A stretch of DNA of 24,730 bases from positions 1 to 24,730 of IMG/VR virus record IMGVR_UViG_3300033406_000043; one strand, written 5' to 3'. Positions 9,101-18,181 of the stretch are shown piece after piece (the first letter of the stretch is position 1; every line of letters begins with the position of its first letter). A program made the translations under genes and the position numbers. Below the pieces are notes generated by a model. It was not told where the DNA came from. It made no database searches and worked only from the letters and a program-made list of their open reading frames with translations. This stretch comes from a virus. Its lineage: Duplodnaviria; Caudoviricetes.

Positions 9101-11178
9101 ATTGTTTTACTGCGAAGTACACCCTTCTTTGGTATTACTGCTTCGACATAATAAACAGAGCCATTAATCCGCTTTTGATAAATTACAGATTGATGGCTTC
9201 CACTTGGCGATCCCTTTTTAATTGAGTCATACGAATTAATAATTTCCGGTATTTTTTTGAGGTCATCTGCCGTAAGGGGTAGCTGGCCTCTTTCTGATTC
9301 TTTTATTTCATTGCCATGCTCATTTATAGCATGGCGGATTTCATTTGTACTAATTTCGTGAGTAAATCCATCAACATCGACATGAGTTAGCTTTTTGATT
9401 GTAGCCGCTTCTTCGGGAGTCACTTCCCTTAATGGCATTGTTTCAAACTTAGAAGGATTATCTAAAGCGTTATCAACAAAACTGCTAACCTTTTCAGTAT
9501 CAATATTTGTAGTTGGGGCCTCGCCTATCATTTCTGGTTTAGCTTCACTTCGTTCTAAACCCGTTGTATCGTTGTCTGCTGTGGTTTCTGACTGGTTTTC
9601 TTCTTCTGATAATACAATTGTGTCAGCCTCATCTTTTTCTGCCGCTACAGGCGATTTTTCAAGGCTGATTTTCTCACCATCTAACGGCCTGCCGTAACCT
9701 GCAATCTTGCTCTGCCAGTAGTCAGTGTTAAGGTCAGTATACCCTACGCCATGCGAACCAGCATGAAGCATTTTGCCATCACCAGCGTAAATACCAACGT
9801 GAGTGATCTCCTTGTATCCGGTATTGTCAGAATAAGTATTTTTGAAGAATACCAAGTCGCCCGGTTGTAATTGGCTTGGATCGTCAAAGGTTTTGCCTTG
9901 TTCTTCTAGCCCTTTAAATTGTAGATCAGCGCGGCGAGTATTTAACTCAATGCCGTTCTGCGCAAATACGTCCAGCGTAAACTTGCCGCAATCGGTTGTA
10001 TCAGTACCATCGCCGCCCAATTGATACGGTTTGCCCAATTGTTGTTCGGCAGTAGTTATAATGTTATCGCCACCTGCTGATGTTTCGGAGGTTGCTGCCG
10101 CTTCATTATTACTTGGTCGCCGCCATTCACCAAATCCATCAATCACATTTTGAACTTCTGGCGGTGGAGTACGATCAATTTCGCCAGGCGGCACAATAGT
10201 AGGGCGGTCTGCTTCTGTTACTACTCCTTCTTTACCTGTTTCCGTTGGTTTCCCTTTAAGCCCCTTCAATCCACCGTATGCACCAAATATAGGTACAGCA
10301 ACATTAACGCCGCCCATAACCACATTTGCGATTGTAGCGGCAGGGTGTTCAGCTAACTTCTGCTGAAAATCTGGAGCGTTAACGGTTTGCAATAAAGGAT
10401 CAAGCCATATGCTTTTTATGCCTAATCCCAAAGATGTTGCTGGCCCATAGCCTTGCTGTGTCGCTTCTTGCGCCCCTTTGTAAAGTCCCTCGCCAGCTTG
10501 TAAACCGAAGGCCGCTTCTGCCGCTAGTGAACCTCCAGCAGTAAACGGAGCTGCCGCCACGCCTGCCGCCATTACGCCTGGGTATAAGGTTTCATTTCTA
10601 AAATTTGAATTTGCTTTGTCTAATAAGGTCTGTGCCGTGTCAACATCTTCCTGGGAATAACCAGGTTTAGGGACATATTTACCAGTAGCCGAATCGTACA
10701 TAGCAACAGCATCAAAACGGTTATTCTCTCTAGCCACTTCCTGGTAGCCCTGTATTGCACCAGTGCCGTAATTGGCAATACTATTACCAACATCGCTGAC
10801 AACGGCTGCGCCGCCTTCATTTTCTGCGTTAGTGGCGGCGTTGTATTCTTGCCCTACGTTTTTAATGCCATCTTTTATTGCGGCTAAAACAGGGTGATTT
10901 CTCTTAAATCTAAAATCCTTAAAGCCGTCGACAAAATCGCCAAAACCGTCAACAATATCGTTGTTTTTTGTTTTCGGGGTAATTTCATTTTCAATAGCAT
11001 TACCAACAGATTCAGCAGCATTACTTACGGCAGTATACTCCTGTTCATTGCTGGCATGAATTGCTTCATTTGCTTTTGTTTCTTGTTCAGAAAGATAATT
11101 ATAACCATCAACTAATTTATTTTTTGCATATTCGGCATTATTAGTTATAAAATCCCACGTATCAGTTAAAAGGCTCAT
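6103..11178 (-). CDS. Large internal virion (ejection/DNA transfer) polyvalent protein with NlpC/P60 peptidase and PBECR-like domains
   Basis: Third gene of the ejection cluster, about 1690 aa. NlpC/P60 motifs LGKPYQLGG..TDCGKFT, LQPGDLVFF, ITHVGIY, MLHAGS; IRHAINEHG..GQLPLTADDLKKIPEII PBECR-like segment; long helical C-terminal region resembling large polyvalent proteins. Start set to ATG 11178. Confidence 0.8.
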   Translation of the reverse strand: MSLLTDTWDFITNNAEYAKNKLVDGYNYLSEQETKANEAIHASNEQEYTAVSNAAESVGNAIENEITPKTKNNDIVDGFGDFVDGFKDFRFKRNHPVLAAIKDGIKNVGQEYNAATNAENEGGAAVVSDVGNSIANYGTGAIQGYQEVARENNRFDAVAMYDSATGKYVPKPGYSQEDVDTAQTLLDKANSNFRNETLYPGVMAAGVAAAPFTAGGSLAAEAAFGLQAGEGLYKGAQEATQQGYGPATSLGLGIKSIWLDPLLQTVNAPDFQQKLAEHPAATIANVVMGGVNVAVPIFGAYGGLKGLKGKPTETGKEGVVTEADRPTIVPPGEIDRTPPPEVQNVIDGFGEWRRPSNNEAAATSETSAGGDNIITTAEQQLGKPYQLGGDGTDTTDCGKFTLDVFAQNGIELNTRRADLQFKGLEEQGKTFDDPSQLQPGDLVFFKNTYSDNTGYKEITHVGIYAGDGKMLHAGSHGVGYTDLNTDYWQSKIAGYGRPLDGEKISLEKSPVAAEKDEADTIVLSEEENQSETTADNDTTGLERSEAKPEMIGEAPTTNIDTEKVSSFVDNALDNPSKFETMPLREVTPEEAATIKKLTHVDVDGFTHEISTNEIRHAINEHGNEIKESERGQLPLTADDLKKIPEIINSYDSIKKGSPSGSHQSVIYQKRINGSVYYVEAVIPKKGVLRSKTMWKKPSAQIVPEKSSPPYTSESNGARPTTPERSLTSSKTNISAGKGKVNGRQPLTMEQPPTYMDKELTQKLGEGKLGDVERDLANTVNKEIEPVNLPIGMTVKETKGIAEPTKGVKFSDPEIEKRWQEASKGLKKESIISKVKEAVKTFWQKSTRVFEDLPNSAEFSQLKNDLLYLQKQKAVAGDRTTRLLQGITIKLDKPGLDLFTRKVILDDLAKTEGDLPFGLTPKTLTKEKSLVDNAVKDNPVVAEAVANRKRMQEALKQDYIQAMKDIGFDVSDRMNREDYFRHQVLDYANLRAVTGTGQRLKTPTNRGFLKGREGSEMDINANYLQAEFEVVAQMIHDTELARTIKKVDKNYSIRNELFDTFGDKWRENIPDGYTLWQPREGSSFYMANSIPETLASKLLGGALEEVGVSADQVRQVLAKGSPFKELVVKDEVAKTLNKISEQPADNFLSKYSKKLLGLWKVWTLISPTRIIKYNLRNVTGDADALFTMNRTAFLRVPQATKELYQTIYGDRAMSPEMGEWFRRGGMETTSPVQELTDINGLRMFEKFADKDPNFIKKAWEKYWGTANRATQFREAIFRYATYLDYLKQMQEKGGRPKNFGASKPEEIMALPDIRDRAFKLSNDVLGAYDNISVIGKELREHIWPFWSFVETNFKRYAQFFKNQKDDSWTGVGAAISRKLVGNVLIRSPYYAYALGTFTVKAGIMWGALQAYNNLMFPSEENELPPDEQASPHIILGRDKDGKVRYFNRLGSIPDFLEWFGLDTPVKDIKDYLDGSRSMKEIAIDWGKSPVNKVAQGMSPFIKSPFEMLSGKKLYPDVFNPKTIHDNGQYIADSLGLGNEFKSLSKTDTAQALGINPRPSKPYFTENTGENFIYYKSDPSQVAYYNIQDKKRDFLKDIGKGGDGDFSSPKSDALRNYKMALRLKDEQSAAFYLDQYTKLGGNKKGLKKSLDSLDPLSGLNKADKVKFKQSLNGEQLKELEKANIYYKTVMLGK

Positions 11179-11180
11179 AA

Positions 11181-12689
11181 TCAACCGCCCGCCTCTTGTA
11201 TTTTCTTAGTCATATAGGCTTCGATTTCTTCGGTTGTGGCATCTGGATACTTAGCTTTTATAGCATTTGCTACAGTATAATACCAAGTCGCGTTCGGATC
11301 GTCTTGTGGTGCTGATAGGCGAGGCTGTTCTGGTTGACTATTACCTCCAATAATCGAAAGGTAATGGTTTACTCTTGATTTTAATAAGCTATAAGCATTC
11401 CATTTTGTATCGGTAAAACTTTCTGGATCGGCATTATATTCGCTTTCCAGTTGCTGTATTTTTAATGTATCGTTTGTTAATTGTGATTTACCATATTTAA
11501 TTGCCCACGACTCATCAGATGTAGCTGTTCCTTTTGCATTCTTGGTAATAATTTTAACTTTGCCATCTATAAAGCGTTGACAGGTTAATCTATCAGAAGG
11601 TTGTAAATCAGCCTTGTCTAAAATACTTTGCATAGTAGCAGGGTCATTTGTATATTTTAACATTTCGCCCAAGGTACTTTGGTAAGTAGCTTTATTATTT
11701 GCCGTTTGAGTTTCCCTTGCAAAAGCTAAATTAGAACGGTAGGTTTTAAAATATGTATCAAATTCTTCTTTGTTGCCGTATTTATCTTTTAAGTATTTAA
11801 GTCCTTTATCACCGTCTGTTCCGAACATTGAAATAAGACTATCAGATATTTTCTGGGCAGTTTGTTTTGTAATAGCAGGTTTAAGTTTTGCCTCAATGTC
11901 GGCATAAGTGCCAGCATCTACTTTGTCATTAAACCATTTTAATTCTGAATTTGCCGCATCTATATTACCGTCAGTTATTAATCCTAAAATGCTACTTTTG
12001 ATTGCACTATTCCAACGGGTTGAAACATTATTATCTATTTCCTGTTGAGTTAATCCATTTTTTTGGCCAAAGCTTTGTTCATTAGCTTTAATATCTAACA
12101 TATTTTGGTCAGCTAATTTCAAAATAGCATTATTAGAATCTAACTGCCCTTGCTGTGATGCTAATGCCATATTGCTTTGAAACGAACGTCCCAACGTATC
12201 ACTGGTGGCCGTGTAGTTATCTTTAAACGCTACGTCTTGCTGCTGGTGCTGATGTTCCATTGCTGCTTGTTGGTATTTTGCTGATGGTTCTGCCCACGAT
12301 CTGGTGAATATAGCCTGTTGGCGTGGATTTAGCGATTTTAGCGCATCATTTTTAATTTGGTCTAAAGCCGTGGTGCTCTGTTGGGTCATGCTCGGTATTG
12401 CGGCTTGGTCTGGAGTCGCTTCTTTGCCAAGCGCGTTAGCACCTTTTAAATAAAAAAGCCCATTATCGCCATAAAACGAATCATGGACTTTATTCATTGC
12501 ATCATTATAGGCCGTGGTAACAGCCAAGGTGTCTTGATTATCTTGGTAAGCTTTCATGCCTTGCCCTAGTGTTTCCATGCCCTTAAAGGCACTTGCACCA
12601 AAGGCATCAGGGCCAACATTTACACTTGCCCTAACCGAAGGGGCTTGGTTAATTTGTACGGAAGTTTGATATGTTGGTATTTGGGGCAC
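11181..12689 (-). CDS. Internal virion/ejection protein (T7 gp15 positional analogue)
   Basis: Start revised to GTG 12689 (RBS AAGAGGTG), giving MPQIPTYQ...; helical, Gln/Ala-rich; lies between the gp14-like gene and the large ejection gene. Confidence 0.7.
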   Translation of the reverse strand: MPQIPTYQTSVQINQAPSVRASVNVGPDAFGASAFKGMETLGQGMKAYQDNQDTLAVTTAYNDAMNKVHDSFYGDNGLFYLKGANALGKEATPDQAAIPSMTQQSTTALDQIKNDALKSLNPRQQAIFTRSWAEPSAKYQQAAMEHQHQQQDVAFKDNYTATSDTLGRSFQSNMALASQQGQLDSNNAILKLADQNMLDIKANEQSFGQKNGLTQQEIDNNVSTRWNSAIKSSILGLITDGNIDAANSELKWFNDKVDAGTYADIEAKLKPAITKQTAQKISDSLISMFGTDGDKGLKYLKDKYGNKEEFDTYFKTYRSNLAFARETQTANNKATYQSTLGEMLKYTNDPATMQSILDKADLQPSDRLTCQRFIDGKVKIITKNAKGTATSDESWAIKYGKSQLTNDTLKIQQLESEYNADPESFTDTKWNAYSLLKSRVNHYLSIIGGNSQPEQPRLSAPQDDPNATWYYTVANAIKAKYPDATTEEIEAYMTKKIQEAGG

Positions 12690-13240
12690 TAAAACCACCT
12701 CTTAACCTTGGTGTTTTTACCAAGCCAATCAATATTAGGGCTTACGCCACTGGCGCCAGTTGCAACCTTGCTTTTTGCCGTGTCGCTAACAGTACCTTGA
12801 CCTGCTAAATATTGGCCTGTTGCGCCTAATACGCCGCCCAGCATTGAAGACGTGGCTGCGGAATTATAAACAGAGGCTTGATTGCGGTAATTGGTTGCCT
12901 CGGCCCTGTAGCCCCATTCTTCCGTTTGGGCGTTAGTATCTGTACGGTTAATATCTTCCTGGGCGTTTACTGCCGTGTCAGTGATTGCGGCAAGTCCGCT
13001 ACCGGAACTGGTGTCAGAACCATTTGCCGCGAGTGCCGCCCGTTGTGCGCCCTGTACCTGAGACTCTTTCGCCCTAATATCATGTTGCTGTTGCTGTTTT
13101 ACTTCCTCAACCTGATTAGCCTGGGCATTCGCCAATACAGCATTATTGTTTGCTATTTGCGCCTGGGCTTTATATGATTGCTGACCAGCATAACCCTGAG
13201 CAGCAGAACCAACGGCGGCTATTGCAGTAGGATCACACAT
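12689..13240 (-). CDS. Internal virion protein B-like (T7 gp14-type ejection protein)
   Basis: Start revised to ATG 13240 (RBS GGAGGTG), MCDPTAIAAVG...; Ala/Gln-rich helices; QRAALAANG...SGSG motif. Confidence 0.8.
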   Translation of the reverse strand: MCDPTAIAAVGSAAQGYAGQQSYKAQAQIANNNAVLANAQANQVEEVKQQQQHDIRAKESQVQGAQRAALAANGSDTSSGSGLAAITDTAVNAQEDINRTDTNAQTEEWGYRAEATNYRNQASVYNSAATSSMLGGVLGATGQYLAGQGTVSDTAKSKVATGASGVSPNIDWLGKNTKVKRWF

Positions 13241-13244
13241 ATAA

Positions 13245-13682
13245 TCACCTCCGAAACTGGAATATATGAAACGGCTCATTGTTAATAAAAATTTGATTCT
13301 TAATATCAAACCCTAACCATTTAAGCCATTTGATTGATACTTTATTCTCAGCATGAACAAAATTCATCAGTACCTTATGACGGGCTAACCACTTTTTGAT
13401 ATAATGTTGAGAATGTTTAACAAATCGGAAGCCGATCTTATTAATACCATCAGTTGAGAGCATCCAGGGTATACCAAATTTGTAATCATCACAGCCAAAT
13501 AAAATAGTCGGTACATTGTCTACTAAAACGCATATGCACTCCGCTGTTTTTAAGCATCTATTAACTGTATCTATTGGTTTTGACCTTGTAGAGGCCCATA
13601 TTTCATGTTTATCGGCATCGCGCATATGTGCGGCTATATATTCAGCATCGTCTTTTGTGGCATTACGAATATTAATTTCCAC
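13245..13682 (-). CDS. T7 gp13/DUF2833-like GNAT-fold virion assembly protein
   Basis: HMRDADKHEI, PWMLST and LMNFVHAENKVSIKWLKWLGF motifs; immediately after the nozzle gene. Confidence 0.85.
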   Translation of the reverse strand: MEINIRNATKDDAEYIAAHMRDADKHEIWASTRSKPIDTVNRCLKTAECICVLVDNVPTILFGCDDYKFGIPWMLSTDGINKIGFRFVKHSQHYIKKWLARHKVLMNFVHAENKVSIKWLKWLGFDIKNQIFINNEPFHIFQFRR

Positions 13683-16110
13683 CTGTCGTCACCTTCGGGG
13701 CCACACCAACTATGTGCATGGGCATTATCCCCGACCCTTTCATTATGATCTGACCGTCAAAATTAAAGTTGGTGGTCAGTACAATGTCGTTTAAATCGCC
13801 AGTATATAGGCCCGTGGTGTCGTAAGGCAGTGAAACAAACGGTCCTTTTTCTAACGTAGCAGCTTCGCCGCCTTGACTGTTAACAACCGACACAACCAAC
13901 CCATTAGTCAACTTTTTGCGGTCTGTGCCTACATCAACCGAAAGCGTTTTTAGCAACCATTCAAATTCCTTGCCGATTGTGACCGTAGTTGCCGCCGTAT
14001 TCAGCGTAATTTTGCCATTTGATACTGTTCTCTTGGATACTTCCACGCCATCAGCTAATATAGCAACCTTTTCACCTTCCAGCCAATCTAGACCGCTAAT
14101 CGTGGTTGTTGCAGGGTCATAGGTCCAGGTTATACCGCAATCTACACCGAAATAGGCTGATTTGCTGGAAACATCACGTTCTACCAGCATTTCAATATAG
14201 CGAACGGTAGAACCATTGATTGTACGCTTAACTTCGAAATAAACATCGTCCTGCGTATCACCAGGGATAACCGACACGCGTTCATAGCAACCGTCTGTTT
14301 TATGGTGCGCCCAGGCCCAAACATCGTGCTCCTTATGGAAGGTAAAGGATAATAGCACACCATCAGAACGCACCGCCCAAAGTATGCCATTTGGGTACTG
14401 CTGGAAGGCCCAGTTTATTACTTCATAACCTTCAAATAGGTGATTGGCTAAGATTGATAGGTCATTGCCTGTATATCCGTCAATGTCGTATGAGTAGCCT
14501 AACGAGCGCACCTTGGCGGCATTGCGCTGCAAAAATAAAATAACTTCGCCGGAGACAACGGGCTTAACCTCGCTGTCACTGCCGAAGTATGTTTGACATG
14601 TTTGAATTTTATCTTCATATGTAAACGCCCCGGAACTTCCGGGGCTTATGGACCATTCACTATCAGTAGTCAGGGCCACTAATGCCCTTGTTGGAACTAA
14701 CCAGTTTATTGAATTGACACGCCTTGCAAGTAACCTATCGGTAATTTCATCATCGTCTTCCTGGGTTATTTCCACTAGGAAATTTTCGTAATCGTCGATA
14801 ACACTGGCCCACCACGTATTAGGCGCATAATCATTGCCGCCAAATACTAACCGGTTCTGGAAGAATGTTACGCAGTAAGGCCAACCGCGGTAATCAGACC
14901 ATGCACCCTCGGCCCACGATTTATACGCTGAACCGCCCTTATTGAAATTAGTCTGCATTGTCCCTGTAACTACAGTGCTGGACGTATATCCAGTGACCTT
15001 AAAACAGGCCCACATTTGCTTGCCTGTGACCTCAAATGTATATGTGCCATAGTCGGCGCTGGTAGAGGCGTGTGTAACTCGAATTAGACACTCATCATCC
15101 TCTGATCCCGTTACCTGCGTTACCGAGGTATCGCCGGATTGATAGGTAACCGTATTGAGTTTAAACCACGTGTCCCCTTCATCAACCGACTTCTCGATGT
15201 AAACAGGAACAGAATCCAGCTGTGCGGACGAATCCGGTTTGATTGTACATGTCCAATCACCAATTACCCGGTAGGAATCACTTGTAAATTCAGTGCTTAC
15301 AGGTAATGTCCCGGAATAATTCTCGGCATATGCTCTATATCTGATACCCCATATTGAGCCAACATGCGTAGATTCAAAAATAGCAGAGGATGCTGTCGCT
15401 GTGACCGCTCCATCTTCATATAGCCAATCGTCACCATCTGTATTACTCAATGTAATAGTAGTATCGGTGTCGTTCTCTTTCATCAGCGGCCCATTCGTAA
15501 AACTGCATTTGCTTATTGTCCAGGCCGTATGATCTGTTCTGGTGAGTTTCCGCGGCATGTAACTACTATGGACCATGTATAAAGTGTCGGCAGATTGCTC
15601 GAATTTAACTAGGGCTAAATCATCTATCGAATATGGCGAAGCAATTTCATAAATGTCATTCTGTACCCAATACGTTGCCCAATTCGTACCTGTTCCGGGT
15701 TCATCATCGCTGGTGGACGTATGCGCCGTTATACAACGATATACCAGGCTGTCAATAATTACATAGTCATAGGCCGCATAAGCCGTACCGCTGGCCCATG
15801 CGTCCGTAGTGGTCGAATCCATTATGATCTGACCACCATCTTTGATAAAGCGTATATAATAGTCGCCAAACTCCAGCAAATAAGCCTGGGTTATGGAAAA
15901 AACAAAATCGACCAGGTAAGCACCAGTGGTCGAATCTTTTATTGCACATATATATCTTGTACCGCACCTAGCCTGCACACCGCCCTGAGGTAGCACAATC
16001 ATGTTCTTGATGGTGTCAGCCCCGACAGCATACTTTTGCAGGTCTACCCTGCGCCTTAACTCCGGCGCCAACTCGCCGCCAGCGAAAGAGGTTTGATATT
16101 TTGTAACCAT
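13672..16110 (-). CDS. Tail tubular protein B / nozzle (T7 gp12, P22 gp10-like), 812 aa
   Basis: Start revised to ATG 16110 (RBS AGGAGGT); QTSFAGGELAP, QSADTLY, GWPYCVTFFQNRLVFGG and WAWAHH motifs. Confidence 0.9.
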   Translation of the reverse strand: MVTKYQTSFAGGELAPELRRRVDLQKYAVGADTIKNMIVLPQGGVQARCGTRYICAIKDSTTGAYLVDFVFSITQAYLLEFGDYYIRFIKDGGQIIMDSTTTDAWASGTAYAAYDYVIIDSLVYRCITAHTSTSDDEPGTGTNWATYWVQNDIYEIASPYSIDDLALVKFEQSADTLYMVHSSYMPRKLTRTDHTAWTISKCSFTNGPLMKENDTDTTITLSNTDGDDWLYEDGAVTATASSAIFESTHVGSIWGIRYRAYAENYSGTLPVSTEFTSDSYRVIGDWTCTIKPDSSAQLDSVPVYIEKSVDEGDTWFKLNTVTYQSGDTSVTQVTGSEDDECLIRVTHASTSADYGTYTFEVTGKQMWACFKVTGYTSSTVVTGTMQTNFNKGGSAYKSWAEGAWSDYRGWPYCVTFFQNRLVFGGNDYAPNTWWASVIDDYENFLVEITQEDDDEITDRLLARRVNSINWLVPTRALVALTTDSEWSISPGSSGAFTYEDKIQTCQTYFGSDSEVKPVVSGEVILFLQRNAAKVRSLGYSYDIDGYTGNDLSILANHLFEGYEVINWAFQQYPNGILWAVRSDGVLLSFTFHKEHDVWAWAHHKTDGCYERVSVIPGDTQDDVYFEVKRTINGSTVRYIEMLVERDVSSKSAYFGVDCGITWTYDPATTTISGLDWLEGEKVAILADGVEVSKRTVSNGKITLNTAATTVTIGKEFEWLLKTLSVDVGTDRKKLTNGLVVSVVNSQGGEAATLEKGPFVSLPYDTTGLYTGDLNDIVLTTNFNFDGQIIMKGSGIMPMHIVGVAPKVTTGGN

Positions 16111-16111
16111 A

Positions 16112-16705
16112 CTACCTCCTGGCCCTGATGTAGTGGTTATCAGAGCGCAACGGCTGTTTCTTTTCTGCGCCTGACAAGTATTTAGCACGTTCGACTATGC
16201 CTTGTTGAATTTGCATGGCATTTTGCGCTATCTGTGGCGTTTTTGCTAGTCCAATAGCAATCATGCCGCCTAATTTCCAGGCTAGCGCCTCAGTAAAATA
16301 AGCTGGCATCAAGTCAGTATTTTCAACATTGACAATGTATTCAGCCATTGCATTTTTTAGATTACAGACAATTCTTTGTACGCTGTCGGTATCAGTGTCG
16401 GTATAGATAATCTTGAAAGGTTCTTTATGGTGATCGCCAAGGCCAACGCTCAAAATGCGTATGGCATCGTCGGGATATTCATAGACATATTGATATTCTT
16501 GATTTGCTTCATCAGTAACCACCGTCAAGGCGGTATAAGATTGCTTGGCAAAATTCCAATCAGTTTCATTAAGTAGTGATTTTCTCGCTATATCATAGAA
16601 TCTACCGCATATAGTAGCCTCGGTAGATTGATCTGCAAAACTAGAAATAGGACGGGTAGAGCCAATAAAAGTTAAGGCCATATTACATATATCGTATTTG
16701 GTCAT
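16112..16705 (-). CDS. Tail tubular protein A / head-tail adaptor (T7 gp11-like)
   Basis: DICNMALTFIG, WNFA, YEYPDDAIRI and F.EALAWKL motifs; precedes the nozzle. Confidence 0.9.
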   Translation of the reverse strand: MTKYDICNMALTFIGSTRPISSFADQSTEATICGRFYDIARKSLLNETDWNFAKQSYTALTVVTDEANQEYQYVYEYPDDAIRILSVGLGDHHKEPFKIIYTDTDTDSVQRIVCNLKNAMAEYIVNVENTDLMPAYFTEALAWKLGGMIAIGLAKTPQIAQNAMQIQQGIVERAKYLSGAEKKQPLRSDNHYIRARR

Positions 16706-16717
16706 ATAAACCCCTCC

Positions 16718-16749
16718 AAAAAAGGAATAGGGCGAGTTTCCCCGCCCCC
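16718..16749 (-). terminator. Intrinsic terminator after the head genes
   Basis: Minus strand GGGCGGG-AAA-CTCGCCC-TATTCCTTTTTT, directly after the cement gene stop. Confidence 0.6.
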
Positions 16750-16752
16750 AAC

Positions 16753-17160
16753 TTACAATTCAGGTGAATCGTTTATATAGGCAACAATACTGCCAGTGGT
16801 CATGGTCGCCGATGCAGTGAAGTACAGTCTGTAATACTGTTCTAAATCTTGTATTGGGAATGGCACTACAACATGATAACCAGCGGTTAGGCTAGAATGG
16901 TCAACCGCGCTTACTGGGGTAAGCATTGTAGCGGCACTAGAAAAACTAGTATTATCATCTGATTGCAGGGCTACTGTCAGGGTCGCGCCAGATGTAGCCG
17001 ACTCAAACGCATCTAGCACCCGAATGTGCAAATAGGCAGGCTCAAAAAAATTACCGTCAGAGCCAAAGTCTAAATAATTGGTAGACGCGGCTGTTACGGT
17101 AATTGTCTGTTCATCTGAGCCATCCGTTTGCCGGGTGAAACTTAACGCAACATCATACAT
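16753..17160 (-). CDS. Capsid cement/decoration protein (BPP-1 Bbp16-like)
   Basis: ASTNYLD, LTVALQSDDNTSFSS, L.AG and YYRLYF..T.GSIVAYI pattern; directly after the capsid gene. Confidence 0.85.
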   Translation of the reverse strand: MYDVALSFTRQTDGSDEQTITVTAASTNYLDFGSDGNFFEPAYLHIRVLDAFESATSGATLTVALQSDDNTSFSSAATMLTPVSAVDHSSLTAGYHVVVPFPIQDLEQYYRLYFTASATMTTGSIVAYINDSPEL

Positions 17161-17175
17161 ATAATTTTTTCCTCC

Positions 17176-18168
17176 TTACGATACCAAATCTTCGTCTGCA
17201 TCTAGGACTTCGCATAAGCGAATAGGTACGCCCAAAAATGCCGGGGATACCCTTTTGTTCGCCATTTCTTCCATTGTGAGGAATGCGTTAGTCTTGTTGA
17301 TCGCTTTTTTAACAAAGGCGGTTTTTACTTTTCTGCCGGTATAGAATCGAGCGCGTGGTGAAAGGTCAGGAATGGTTTCTATTGCTTCTATCATTAAATT
17401 GAGCAAATCTGCGCTAGTATCAGAGGTTTGTCCAGCGGCTGACAATGCAGAGGCATCAATATTTGCAATACGAATTACTTTCTTGTAATTGCGTACTGCA
17501 ATTCCGGCACGCCATTCCCACAAATCCCGATACGCAGGCCAATAAGAACCATCATCCAATTTGATTAATTCTTCGCCGTAGTCTTTATGTTGCAAGCCAA
17601 CCTCTGTATTTTTAGGATAAAAGGCGCAGCAGGAATCTTCGCCCCAATCGATCAGCCAAATAGACCGATTGTCGGTGCCAGTTCCGTCAGCAGTAAGGAC
17701 ATAATCGCCAAAATCTTCTTTGCTAGTGGAACTATAGAAAGTTTCAAGGCCATTAAATGCCTGGGCATCGTCTGCTTTTGAACCTTTAAACAGCTGATAT
17801 GCTAATTTCTTACCCATTGCGCCGATATAAGGCCTGTTAACATTAGCCCTAAATCCGGCTTTATCCTCGGCAGCATTGACTAATTCTTTATCAACCAAAC
17901 CCAGTGCTGTGAACAAAGCCGCCTCGACCTTAAGTTGTTTAAATGTGCCTTTAGTTCCAGTAGCACCTTCATTCACGCCGCGAATCGTTACGGTTGGGTC
18001 AGTAGCCTGTTGGGTTGTTTGCAACCCATATTCTTTATTACCTGGCACGACAAACATATCGTCAATAATGTCGTTACGTTCTGCTAAAATATCGATAACT
18101 TTAGCGGCCATACCGTTTGCATCTTTTTGGGACGCATAGTCTTTCCATGTTATCTTTGAATCTGCCAT
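17176..18168 (-). CDS. Major capsid protein (BPP-1 Bbp17-like, HK97 fold)
   Basis: 330 aa; N.IIDDM, VDKEL, FNGL, SIWLIDWG, GIAVRNY...RIANID and FLGVPIRLCE motifs; between scaffold and cement genes. Confidence 0.92.
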   Translation of the reverse strand: MADSKITWKDYASQKDANGMAAKVIDILAERNDIIDDMFVVPGNKEYGLQTTQQATDPTVTIRGVNEGATGTKGTFKQLKVEAALFTALGLVDKELVNAAEDKAGFRANVNRPYIGAMGKKLAYQLFKGSKADDAQAFNGLETFYSSTSKEDFGDYVLTADGTGTDNRSIWLIDWGEDSCCAFYPKNTEVGLQHKDYGEELIKLDDGSYWPAYRDLWEWRAGIAVRNYKKVIRIANIDASALSAAGQTSDTSADLLNLMIEAIETIPDLSPRARFYTGRKVKTAFVKKAINKTNAFLTMEEMANKRVSPAFLGVPIRLCEVLDADEDLVS

Positions 18169-18181
18169 GTTCTAGTCCCTC

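Noticed and set aside
16753-17200. T7 10A/10B-like capsid frameshift extension
   Set aside because: No convincing slippery site near the capsid stop, and the next gene has its own GGAGG RBS.
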